From Balanoglossus misakiensis (taxonomy: Eukaryota; Animalia; Hemichordata): a DNA stretch of 64,000 nt. Below are positions 26,730 through 38,700 of this stretch, piece by piece (positions within the stretch are counted from its first letter, which is position 1; each line of letters begins with the position of its first letter). The notes below the pieces were generated by a model, which was not told the origin of the DNA, did not search any database, and saw only the letters and a list, made by a program, of their open reading frames with translations. The position numbers and the translations under genes are program-made. The DNA lies in the NCBI GenBank assembly GCA_040954595.2, contig CM082585.2, positions 11,201,995-11,265,994 on the forward strand. The letters are read 5' to 3'.

Positions 26730-27998
26730 CGATGCTCACGCTCGTTCAGCGAAAACGTCCAAAATGCTTCAAGTTCAACAACGACTTGGTCGACAACGCC
26801 TTCTACCGAACAGCTTTCTGTATTGACCCAAAAAGCAAAACGCGCCAAATTAACGACTACGATGTTGACCGAAGCGATAGTCTTCGGCACAGTTGCATGC
26901 GCCGTCCAATCAGGGGACGGCTGACAGCAGGTTACTTGCACCCGGTTGTAAAAAGGCCAAAGTTCACTTGGCGTTCTTACAGGGTCATTTTCTGAGTTTA
27001 TCTAATGTATTGCCGCTAATAAGACGACCAGAAATATTTCAATTAGGTGATTCGGGCAGTGTTTCTGTACTTACAAGTTGTAAACTCCTTATCTGGAACA
27101 AAGCAACGCTATATTGGAAGAAAGCTGCACGCACAGCTTAAAATTTCCAATAAAACGTGACTGTTCTGCATTGTGTACCCGTTTGAGGTCACCTTTCTCC
27201 CTGTACCTTAACCGTATTACCACTTTTGTCATCAACGGACAAAACAAATTCTTTAGAAGCCTTCCAGCTTTATCTTCCCCGTTGTACACACGTAACATAA
27301 CCTGACCCGTCAATGATTGAGGTCATGCTGTCAAACATAGAGTGAGTCTTGGACCCCTTAACCACGGCTCACTTGCCAATAGCTGACGGTTCATGCACCC
27401 ACGGTTTTTGCACTGCATAACACTGTCAACTACGTGTACTACCTAGTACATGAACAGGCGTTGTAAATCATCATTTAAACAAGACATATAGCATATTTTC
27501 CCAAACAGAACAACATATAGATAAATATAGCGAAGTTATTTTTGGTTGTTTGTGTCAGTCCTGGCCTGCGTAGAACACAGGCTGTTTTGTGTTTAGAGGT
27601 GAAATGCATTTTACCCAGCCACCCATTTCGGAAGTCTCACTAGCTGATCGTTTACGTTTCTCTTGTTGCTGAAACGGTATTTAAAATATCCACTGTTACT
27701 TTGTTAATTTATTCATAGACTGGCAGGTCTCAATATAGCATTAGCTGATATATTTCGGACCGACCTAATTACGACTAACTCTAGAATTGATGACTATTTC
27801 CGACTGGGTTCAGAGAAAAGATGACAGAATTTAACTGACAGTGTTTACCCCCAAAAGAGAAGAGCAGCCGCTTCGTTTTTGAAATTCAAAATGGCGGCTC
27901 CTGTCTCCGAGTCCGGTCGATGTGCGCTTTCTTTCTGCTACTATCCTGGCATTGCCACTATATGGCCACCCAGAGGTCACAGTGCTCATATTACTTAC

Positions 27999-28100
27999 TC
28001 CAAATTGTCCCGAATATTGTCCGCCTTGACCTCACTCATCAACTTTCTGCTATTACAGATTCATCTGCGTCTCCAAGGGTCCTTTGATGACGGAATTCTC
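27999..28100 (-). pseudogene. Frameshifted orphan paralogue of NAALADase exon 2
   Basis: Flanked by CAG and GTAAGT. Reads ENSVIKG/TLGDADESV/SRKLMSEVKADNIRDNL across two frameshifts, against [36 protein letters not shown] for the functional exon. Confidence 0.78.
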
Positions 28101-28895
28101 CTGTGGGGGCAAAATCATCAAATGGGCGAAAAGAATATTTAACTGCATATGTACTGCCGATTACTAGTACCTTGTTGGCTGACAGACTGAAAGTGTTTTT
28201 TCGCAGGTGGTATGTAAATGAGATAAAAATAGCCCTTGTTGAAAGCGTGTTAAATAGCAAATTCGAGTCTTTATACTAATAAAAACACATTCATGCATCC
28301 CGTGTATCGCAGTTTTCTCCAGCCAATTAATTTCAAATATCTCGCCATCGCAAATGTTCTGGAATATTGCCGCCGATCGCGACCAACCGTGAGCTGAGCC
28401 ACTGAAGATCGATATGACTCCGTATGTCCTTGTTTTGCATAATAATAGTTGCGTAACTTCAATATGTCCAATGAACAACCGTCTCATGTAATTGATGCTA
28501 AATAGAGACCGTATGGAAGGCATTCCATTTCACCTTTTGAAGTTTTAGCACGTCCTGTTTTCATTTACATAATTAATATTAATAGCACGTAGAGTTGAAT
28601 AACCGACAGAAAGAGATCCCACAGATATACATTATTATGAAATAACTGTAACTGTCAATCAAGATGAAACTTCTCCACACCACCGCCGTCATTCGAGTAA
28701 CTTGTCTTTAATAATATCGTCCTCTTGAAATTTACCAATATAAGAAAAAAAAAGAACAAAAACAACTGAAATACATGTACATGAAATTCAAATAAAGAGG
28801 AAACGTTTCTGACATTTTAACACGAAATTCACTTTGTCTTGTTCCTTCCTCTTTGAACTAATTTCATATTTGGAAACAATGGGTATCCATTCACA

Positions 28896-30389
28896 CTAGC
28901 ATTTTCCCACCCAACTAAATTTCTGCTTTAGCGTATTTTCTAAAGCTTTGTCATACGGCGTGTAAAATTTACATAATGTTTTAAGTACTTTTGGGTCGAC
29001 CTCTGGATGTTCTCGTCCCTTTGAAGAATTCATACAAGACGGCTGGGGATAATTCGCGCAGTAGAAGCCTTTCGTGTCATCCAGAAAGAAGTGTTCTTTG
29101 CGAAAGAACGGCTTCAGGCCGACAAATTTCTCAACCCTCCGTAACTCGGCTGTCGGGTTCACTTTGAATTTTTCTCCGTCGACGAAGAGTAACTGTTTCA
29201 GGGGGAAGTACTCCATCCAGCGATGGACGTATTTAACGTAGATGCCGGCGTCGACGATTTCGTTGTACACTTGTACTTCCTGCTGGTTGTTGATGACGGA
29301 CTCTTCGAAGGTCGAGGCGAGGTACTTCCGTGAGTAGATGTTGTCCAGCTCCGTTTTGCGATACTTCCTGGCGAACTCGAGGTAATCAGACACCGCGCGG
29401 TTGATCGGATCGCAGAGGATGACGATGATTTTGACGTCTTTGGACAGGGTCTTGCGTATCTGCATGGGCGCGTCGTACGGACGGAAGAAATAAGTCGGCG
29501 TCTTCTCCATGGGTACTTGCAAGGGGGTGGAATACTGCATCTGGTCGCGGTACCACTCCACATCTCCGCGATGCTCATAGTTGTTATCGAAGTAGTGAAT
29601 CTCGTAGTTGGTCACAGCGACGTTCGGATGCATATTCAGAAAGCGCATCAGGGTCCCCGTACCGCACTTTCTCACTCCGGCGATGACCACCTTAGGGAGT
29701 CGCTTTTGGCAGTCCTTCTCTTCGAATTCGGGCGTCACGACGGGCTTCGAGAAGTAGTACACCGGATTGGCTGGCAGATAACACGAGGTCTTCTTCCGTT
29801 CTAGGTAATATTCAGTGGCGTTGTAGCTGGCTTCCCATGTGGGCTCTTGGTCTGCCGATGGTCCCTCGGTTGTCTCCGGAGTCGAGAAGCCGAATGGAGT
29901 AGTGTATTCCCCTTCAGCGTCCGACCCAAAATCGACGTCCGAATCGGGACTAGATTCGTCTGACTCTTCCAGCGACTCGCTGTCTGAATGTGAATCACTG
30001 TCCGACTTTGCGTCCGAGTATGAGTCAGCATCGTCCGCGGCATCCAACGACTTGTCCGGCTCGGAAGTGGCCAGTTCCGGTGGAGTGGTCTGGAAGTTCG
30101 GACCCTCGGTGGTCGGGGACTCAGTCGGATCACCGAGGCCAAACAGCACAGGTGGAAATGTTTCGTCCACTGGGATGTTTGTATCCACCTCTCTTCCTGA
30201 ACTCGGTACAACGTTGTAAGAACTGCGACTTGAGTGATACAGCAATCCTATCGTCACCGTAGCAACAAGGAGAACGATCAGGGTCCGACGCTGTTGAGCG
30301 ACAGATTTGCCCACGCTCGTAGAGACAAACCGCGCAATATTCTTGAACGACGCGCCCGACATAGCTCTGTCGAACGCGGTGTCATCCAT
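28896..30389 (-). CDS. HS3ST: Heparan sulfate glucosamine 3-O-sulfotransferase (HS3ST1/5-like), intronless CDS
   Basis: 497-aa ORF with a type II TM segment (TLIVLLVATVTIGLLY), an acidic Ser-rich stem, and a catalytic domain: CQKRLPKVVIAGVRKCGT, EIHYFD, WYRDQM, EKTPTYF, DPINRAVSDY, KGFYC, KGREHP. Confidence 0.92.
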   Translation of the reverse strand: MDDTAFDRAMSGASFKNIARFVSTSVGKSVAQQRRTLIVLLVATVTIGLLYHSSRSSYNVVPSSGREVDTNIPVDETFPPVLFGLGDPTESPTTEGPNFQTTPPELATSEPDKSLDAADDADSYSDAKSDSDSHSDSESLEESDESSPDSDVDFGSDAEGEYTTPFGFSTPETTEGPSADQEPTWEASYNATEYYLERKKTSCYLPANPVYYFSKPVVTPEFEEKDCQKRLPKVVIAGVRKCGTGTLMRFLNMHPNVAVTNYEIHYFDNNYEHRGDVEWYRDQMQYSTPLQVPMEKTPTYFFRPYDAPMQIRKTLSKDVKIIVILCDPINRAVSDYLEFARKYRKTELDNIYSRKYLASTFEESVINNQQEVQVYNEIVDAGIYVKYVHRWMEYFPLKQLLFVDGEKFKVNPTAELRRVEKFVGLKPFFRKEHFFLDDTKGFYCANYPQPSCMNSSKGREHPEVDPKVLKTLCKFYTPYDKALENTLKQKFSWVGKC

Positions 30390-31078
30390 ACCGTCGAAAA
30401 CAACGTTGTGGGGCTTAGTCTTGTACCAAGTCTCCTCCCTGCTCCAAAAATATGCTCAGCGAGGATTAAGATTTTGCTCCCACCTGTTACAGTTTAAATT
30501 AACATATGAAGAGAAAATGATTTAAAACATGAGGTAACATGTTGAAGGCACCATACTACACCATCCATTTGCAGAAATCAGTGTTTATAAAACCATATCG
30601 CATAGTCATAAAGAATGACTTCAACACCATAAAAAACATGTTTGATCAGTAGTGGACTTCATTAGATATACATATATGTATCACTCGAAAAAAGTTTTCA
30701 CTTTTACTGTGAAGATTTAACAAAAACTCAGTATTACTTGTACGTATCTAGTTGGGAACTTATGATGTCGCCATGGGTCATTTTTGGACGATTGGAATTT
30801 TGTCAATGATGGGGAAAAATCGATTCCCTTAACAACGTTGATATCGACCGACATTTGCAGTGTTTGCGGGAAAATCGTTGAATTATATATAGTGGGTATC
30901 AGTGCAATACTTGCAGCTAATAGTTTGGTTGTGAACAACCTGTTCGTGATAATTTGCTCGTCCGAGGTTAAAAGGCGTAACAAATGGTTTGGCATTTGAC
31001 AGCTGTTGTCACAGCGGTATAATCACGGTCAGCTGAATAGATAGACACGCGGGGATATTGCTTTCGGAGATATACGTA

Positions 31079-31113
31079 CAGACAGACAGGCAGGCAGGCA
31101 GGCAGGCAGGCAG
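31079..31113. repeat. (CAGA/CAGG)n tetranucleotide microsatellite
   Basis: cagacagacaggcaggcaggcaggcaggcagg run. Confidence 0.85.
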
Positions 31114-32718
31114 ATACATGGAGAGAGAAAAGGATGGGGCAGAGATGATAGACCTAATCGGATACTGAGCGACGCACAGACAGACACAGACTATGACAGG
31201 GCAGGGGAAGGCTGACGGTGGGGGCAGCATACCGAACCACGAGGGAGACAAGAAATCAACTTGACACGTCGTCATTATGCATATATTGGTGGCATACACT
31301 AACGTCATGACTAGCCACGACAGCAACAAATGATTCACATGACGCAACGTTTATCTACTTATCAGTTTATTATACAAAACAGTATAATTGCCTAATTTGA
31401 ATAATTCCACATCACAATACGGCAGTCTTTTTGTCGAGTAACACTCTAATTAGAAAATCGGTGGGTATGTCAAAAAAAAAAACGCTCGCATAAATTGTCC
31501 AAAAAACTGTAGTTTACTCCTACCACTGAGGTACATGTCATAGCTAAGCTCCATTATATACTACATATACTGTTTCTCCAGTGTACGGACAGAAAACGTT
31601 GTAAACCAACTTTCTTGAGCGAAAGTGAACGTGTGTGCTATTTGGAAGGTTCGCTTGGTGGGTATAGGCCAGCTGTTGCCGAAGAGCCATCGCCATGCCG
31701 CATGTTCGATGAGGTCAGAGGTCAACGCAGAATCAGAGAAAGCGATGAAACGACAATGTGACATGCATACATTGAATTTACAGATAAAATATTCTTCACA
31801 GAAGATAGTTTTGGTCATAGTTTTCAATTGTTCACTGACAGCTCTATTGTTGAAAAACAATAGATGAAAGAACATTTACCCAAGTGAAAAATTGCTCCAC
31901 TGTCATAGGCATGTTCTTCTATTCTTGGTTGTTTCTGTGGCGACGACTCAACAAAGGTAAGGCTGGGAAAATTTCCTGTACGATTAAAACTCGTAGGCAA
32001 GTGTCTGTTCAGGGGCTGCATTTAGAATTTCTACGAACCTTCCCACTAAAGCTTTTGGACATCCTTGCATCTGAACGAAGGAAAGCATGTCACGTTTGTA
32101 ACACATTTGTCATGATCTGATTTGAAACACATCGATAATGTCGATTAAAATAATATTAATAATATATATCTGGATGATAATTTCATAAATATATATTTCT
32201 TGTGGTTACTGTCAAAGTGTACACGTGAATCGAACGGGATAGAAATATATGCACATATTGTGCAACATTTCACAAATCCAACCACATACCATCGAAACTG
32301 TCAGTGACGTCACCAACAGCACTGAATCAACAAGAACGCTAAAATATGAAAAAAGGCTATTTACATCGGTAGGAACATTCATAGCTGGCATTCATACCAG
32401 TCTATGCTTAAAAACTTCCATAATATTCTGTAATTGCTGATAGATCAGACCGCTGACTCTTTTCAGTCCACACCAGCCTAAAAGGGTATGCAGCGGATAT
32501 TATAGCGCCACCAAGAGGCCACATTTCATTAACCAGGTTTCATCCACCCTAAGCGGCGCTGTTTTCAGTCACTTTCAGTCATTATACCCTTGAATATACG
32601 CTGTTGCGTGATTCTTCGGGAGTAACAACATGAAGAATCGTTTCTCCAGTAAAGTTAAAATTTCATCCATGTCGTTGGATGAGTTTATTTTGGAAGATGC
32701 ATTATGGACACTTCCGGT

Positions 32719-35700
32719 CTATTTACAAATTTGAACGTCGACTGTTCGCTTACATTCCTTGCACTTGACGTAACAGCACCAGTGATAACGACATTGACAT
32801 TGCTCCACAATCTCCATCCTTAAACTCTTGTATCCTCGTCCGCAGCACATCAATTCACAGCCGTCGTTGCCGATTGACGATCTGTTACAGAATCTTAAAA
32901 TAAAAGAGAAGTGGTCACTTATAAGATTAGATGTATCAAATTCAGTGGCAATGGGCTAGCAATTCATTCATTGATTCATTCATTCATCCATTCATTCAAC
33001 AAAGACTGTGGGTGTAACTGGGAGAATGAGCCCTTCACTGCAGTCGAGACTCAGAAGAAAATGTGGCGATCGCGGTGTTCTTTTCGTGAAGATGTTGACT
33101 CTATTTCAGTACTATGTTTTTCAAAGATGAAGGACCATTTTGTGATAGTAACATGCCTACCTCCCTACTGTACCAAGCGACCCTGTGCTCGGATTCCACA
33201 TGCAGTAATCAGGAGACCTTTGAAGATATATCAAGTCGTCCTCAGTGAATCCTTTAAAATGGCGATCTCGCGGCACTAGGTTGTTTTTGTTGCCAATTGT
33301 CTCCACCATGACTTCCGTTGCGCCTGCGTACTTTCTCTTGAGCTTGGAGCCGATCTCGTCCATTTCCGGTAGTGACTGCCAGCACGTTTTCAGGTTGCAT
33401 GCCCCGGAAATACCGTGACATTTGCATTTCATCTTCATGCTTGTTTTCACAGTCTGAAAAATAACATGCATGTATGTCATATTTTGTATTTCTCGAACAG
33501 AACGAGAACTTGCATTCGACGAGATTACGTCATCACATTGTTGATCATTTTCAACAACGAAAGTGACGCGAGATTCAGCCTACATGAAGAGATTTCACTC
33601 ACCAAAAGCCCAGCGAAATTATTGTGAAGGTTCATCAACGATTTCTCTGTTGATCGAGCTTTCTTAATTCTGAGGGGTGCGTCTGCGAATCGTGAGCTGA
33701 AATCCATGCCATATTCCACATTATCGCTGCAGCCTCCCCACCGGAAGTCCTCCCCTTCTTCTCGGGTTGGTCTTCCACATCCGCATTTGGTGATGACGCC
33801 TGAACTGCACTCGATGGCGATGGAGTAAGCCACGGCTGCAGCTGACAAGGCGTATACATAGGCGCTCTCCCTGGTCCCTAAGTTGTTGGAACAACAAAAC
33901 AAAGTCACGAAATTAGTCCAGGAATCATTAAAGGTAAACAGTCACCTCTGATTTACATAAACATGTACATGTATATGGTTAAAATGGAGTACATGTACCT
34001 GAATGTTCTAAAGAACATGTGGTGGCGCTCTTTTATTTGCATAGGTGGCCGACCTGTATTCAGAGGGCTGTTCAGCAATTAGCACATATGGTGACATTAT
34101 TTCCGAGGGCGAAAAATACCGAGCAGCTCAATATTTGTATCAGCACTGCGGTAAATTTCACCAGCTTGTTGGTTGTCCTTGCCTCGGTGCGAGTCGAGGA
34201 TACCAACTCAGTGTCGTGGAATCCTACTTATGCGTCTCGCCTCAGGCAAAATTAATATGCAACGAAAGCACTACAGATGCACTCATGAAGAGTGAAACAT
34301 TCACGCCCTTTGTAACCTTTTCCACTTCATCAACAGACGACTATTACTTCTCCACCAACGCACTCGTAACAGACACTAAGCGCCTGGGCGGAGTAAAAGA
34401 TGCAATGTGTTTGAATTTTCGACTTCATTTGACAGTCGTATAATGGTGGAAATCTGCAAATGCCAGATTCCGCTGAAGTTTTCATTTTCTTACGGAAGAT
34501 TCAGATACTCCACTTAACGCTTCTAATAGAAATATTCGAATAATCGACACGTCGGTCACGACAAAACACGCCTACTTAAGATCTAATGGAGTTGGTATAA
34601 ATGTACATCGGAGTACACTTAACATGGGTGAACTATAAATGTGAGTAATTGGGCGACGGCACGTCGAGGTATATTTCGTATTTCAATCATTGCAGTGTGG
34701 TTTCCATATGACGCATGGACCTCATTTGAGTGCGTGAGTGGTTCGGTCAAAAATGTAATGAAAATCAAATTAAATTTGACACATGGAAAGGTCAGTGCCT
34801 CGGATTTACGCCGAAACATATATTATTAATATTTTAGTGCCGACGGCTTAAATGAAATATCCTTGGTCGGCCATTAAGTAAGAGCCAGAACTAGTATCGT
34901 CTGACGTGGGGTTTTCCGCCTGAATAATGTTCCAAATCTCAGCAAATCACAAAACCGGAAGGAACGAGGTAAAAGCTTAATGGCCGTCAGTAGGGGTCAA
35001 AGGTGACGGCAAGCTGAGCGAAGTGTGAAATCGTGGCTGGTAGCAATAATTTGACACGGCGACGTGAATCTTGAACGTAGAAATTCGCGTTGTGCTGGAG
35101 TCTGTCATCCCCTCCCGGGGAACAAGCAAAATGTCAACGTCAAAACGGATTATTGCTTTGTACGTAATGAGATGCAGGGGTTGTAGACTGATTCCAATGA
35201 AAGAACTAACACCGGCACAATAGTTATACCGACAGCAAAACTTCGGACACGTGTGTAAATTTGCGTGCGTGGAATCAACGCCTACATCTTGAACGAATCT
35301 CAGTCACCTATACGTATGTCTGGCGAACAACCTCCCGAAGATTTGTCATTTCTAACACGTTGACGGAAATGACTATCGTAGATCAGAATTTGCAGACGGA
35401 TTAAAAGAAAAAAAGTTGTTCAAGCTCATAACTAGAGTAACCAGCTGAGTTTCTGTCAGTAACATTTTGATGAACGTTAAGATTGATGGCATATTGTTGT
35501 ACTGGTTTTCCGTTTGCCCTCATTAAAAGCGATAGAAAGCAAACCACCTGGTGCAACAAGCAAATCCCATGTCAAAATGTGCCAGGAGGTTGTATACAGC
35601 TGAGTATGGGCGCCCTCCTGGTGTTTTGATTGGCTTACACTGGATGACAATTGACGGTAATTGACCAATCAAATACAACGAGAGAACAACGTCAACATGT

Positions 35701-38700
35701 GATGAGTGGTGTTACACTTGGCGGGAGCATGGTGTTAATCAGATTCTAGCAGAGTTGGCAGCCTGTCAACAAAAAATCAATGTTTGTTTTTCTTATGGAG
35801 GTTTATCCAATTACTGTGGCCTAATCATGTGAATGATTTGTGGTTTCTCTGCCGATGGCTACAAGTTATTTTTACAGGTCAATTGGAACCCAAAACATGA
35901 TTCATGATTTTTTTATCCGAGTATCCTGAGCTTCAGCTTAAGAGCCCATCAACTGCAACGTTTGGAATTAGCATAGTCTTACTTTCAAATTAGATTGCTT
36001 CATATGATTCTCGAGTTTCCAGTGTATTCGCTTTCAAAAATTCTTATCGTGGAGAAATATTTTTCATAAATGCCAACATCTCTTTAGACAATTCAGAAAT
36101 TTAGATGGTACATGTACAACATACAATATACTAGTTTTTTTTCCCCCACAAGTTTTCCCCAGCGCGCTCTTTCGGTCTTAGCATTTGAAACTCACGTTCT
36201 GTATGTAGGTTAATGGCAAGTCTCTGCCACCATAGATCATGGGAAAAGTCTGCCTTTAATTGTAGTCGTACTTGTTCCTCGCGAAAGTGTAAACATGTCA
36301 CAAAGATGTCAACAAACGCAGAATCTTTGAAAACATGCACTGGACTATGTAGCTCTAAACAATTGGAGTGTATTCATTTTTCAAAAGCCCGGATGCTGCA
36401 GCGGACAGACAGTGTTATTCGTAGACGTTTCCTCTGAATCGCCGACGCCGAGTTGGCATTTTCCCCGATGCCTTTGAGGTGCAATTAGCTCCCTAACACG
36501 CTTTTCAAATAAAAGGTTGTATAACTCAGACCGTTTAATAATGACACTGGTCACCACATTTCCCTCTCGATATATACTCCATTACAAGATGCATTGTGAC
36601 CTGTAAGTATGAGGGTGTTTTGCATTCACTTGACATTCCGCCTTCGCACACTGCCACCAGTACTTTTGGTAGCTGAAATCTTACTTCAAGGCTTGGGAGT
36701 GTTGTAAATTCGAACTATGTATACTAGTATATTTAACGCGAGCCACTGGTTTGTAATTCTATCGTTTCGAGTAAATACTCTAACCGACCAACAAACAACT
36801 TCGGTGAAAACAGTCGGTTGACACACCAAAGATCTGAGAGGGGTTCTCGAGATCTCGTTTCTGTTTGAACACTCAACGGCACTTTATTAGCGTTTCCATC
36901 GAAGTCAACCGTGATAGCCACCGCTTTGACAAGATCTTTGCCGCACCTGTAGGTTACACTTTGTGAAAAGACCCCCAAAAATGTCCATGGCCAAAACGAC
37001 AAAAAGACACGTTAACGCAAGGTGTTCTGTTACTTCAACAAGATTAGACTACAGTACGGGTTTCATCCAACCCACGTGTTTCCTGTGTTGGGTCCAAATG
37101 CAGTCCAAAATTGGCTTTAACGTTGGGACCAACGGGTTTGGCGTTTCTCTCTCTCTCTCCCTCCCTCTCTCTCTCTCCCTCTCTCTCTCTCTCTCCCCCC
37201 TCTCTCTCTACAAATTTCCCTAGAATACCATTATACATCTCAGAATAAACCCCTACCTTTGTCAATATCAGGCGAGTAATCTGGTGCGTTTTCAATGCTG
37301 CTACAATTCCACCTTCTGTCGGCAAACTGTTCCTGACACGTCGCTTTTGTCAACGCGGCGGCTTCTTCAAGTCCTTCCATTGCATCAAGATTCCTGCGAC
37401 AGAGTCGGATTTGGGAAGATACCAGTCCTTTGGCTTTCTTACACATCTTTGTGGAATTCCAGTGAAGTTTGGGTTCGTGGTCTGCCAATGCACTGTGCAA
37501 GGAAAATTATAAATGTGCTGTTAGAAATGAACCAGAAAATTTCCCACTTTTATTGGAACAAGATGACCATCAAATAGTACATTTGGTGTGGGTTATCACC
37601 TAATTGATATTAATGGTTGGATTCAAATTGATTTTTTTGTTTTTCCAAAAAAAACACTGAATAATGTGCCCAATAGAAGGCATTGATATATCGTAGTATG
37701 GCCACGTTCTACAGACAGACAGGGTCGATTCTGATACCTCGGGCAGTTTTGATGTGTTCGGAAGCGTATCAGGTTTTCTGTTTCATTGGGTAGTGTGCCA
37801 TAAATCAGAAGTGGTGATTCTCTATGATGGGATTTATAGATCTTGGTCGATCTCAAGTAAAGGGGGAGGGGGGGGGGCAACTTCAAGAAGGACGGGCTGT
37901 AAATCACCCACGGCAATGTACCACCGACGTGTTGGTCTCCCCCGCGTGCTCAAGGATGCGGTTTGTCAACATGGTCATCAAAGAAGCCTGGGAAGATGTC
38001 TTGACGTTTCCGAATTAGAAAGCTTTATAATGAGATGAGCGGTGTATTAATCAGGTTGTCGTCTTGGTCCACTCCAAAATCCCTAGTCCTGGCGATTGTC
38101 CGGTGGTCATATTAGCGGACAATGCCCAGTGTAATCGTGTCACTCATGCTGACCATTGGCGACATTTGAACCCATTAAACCATGCTCAGTAGAACACAAA
38201 TGACTGACTCTTTACGAACATCGTTATGTATGCCAGATCCAATGTGTGATTCCAGAAACGGGATAGCAAGGCGACTGTCATCTTTTCTCGCATCTAAGGT
38301 GACGAATCTACTACATTCACCGGGAATATTTTAAGTCGCATAAAAAGAACCACCGAATGTGAAATTCTTTTGACATTGTACATTTAATGAACTTCAGGTA
38401 GAATCTCTTGGCACCGAGAACAACATCCCACTTGTTCCAAAACGTCATGGGAACTTTGCGAGACTTGCTCCAGGCAAAAAACATTTGTTGTTGACGTGCA
38501 ATTGACCTATTCTCTTCCCCGCTGTATGTCTTGAACATGAGTGTACCCACCTCATTGATTAGCTGGGGAGAATTCAAAGCGAGTGTGGTTTATATGGGCT
38601 ATTTCTTGTTCATTCATCCTACCACTTCAAAACCAACGACTCATTCAATTTGGATGCTCTCTTTAACGTGATATCACCTTATTTGGTTGGAAGCATTCTC

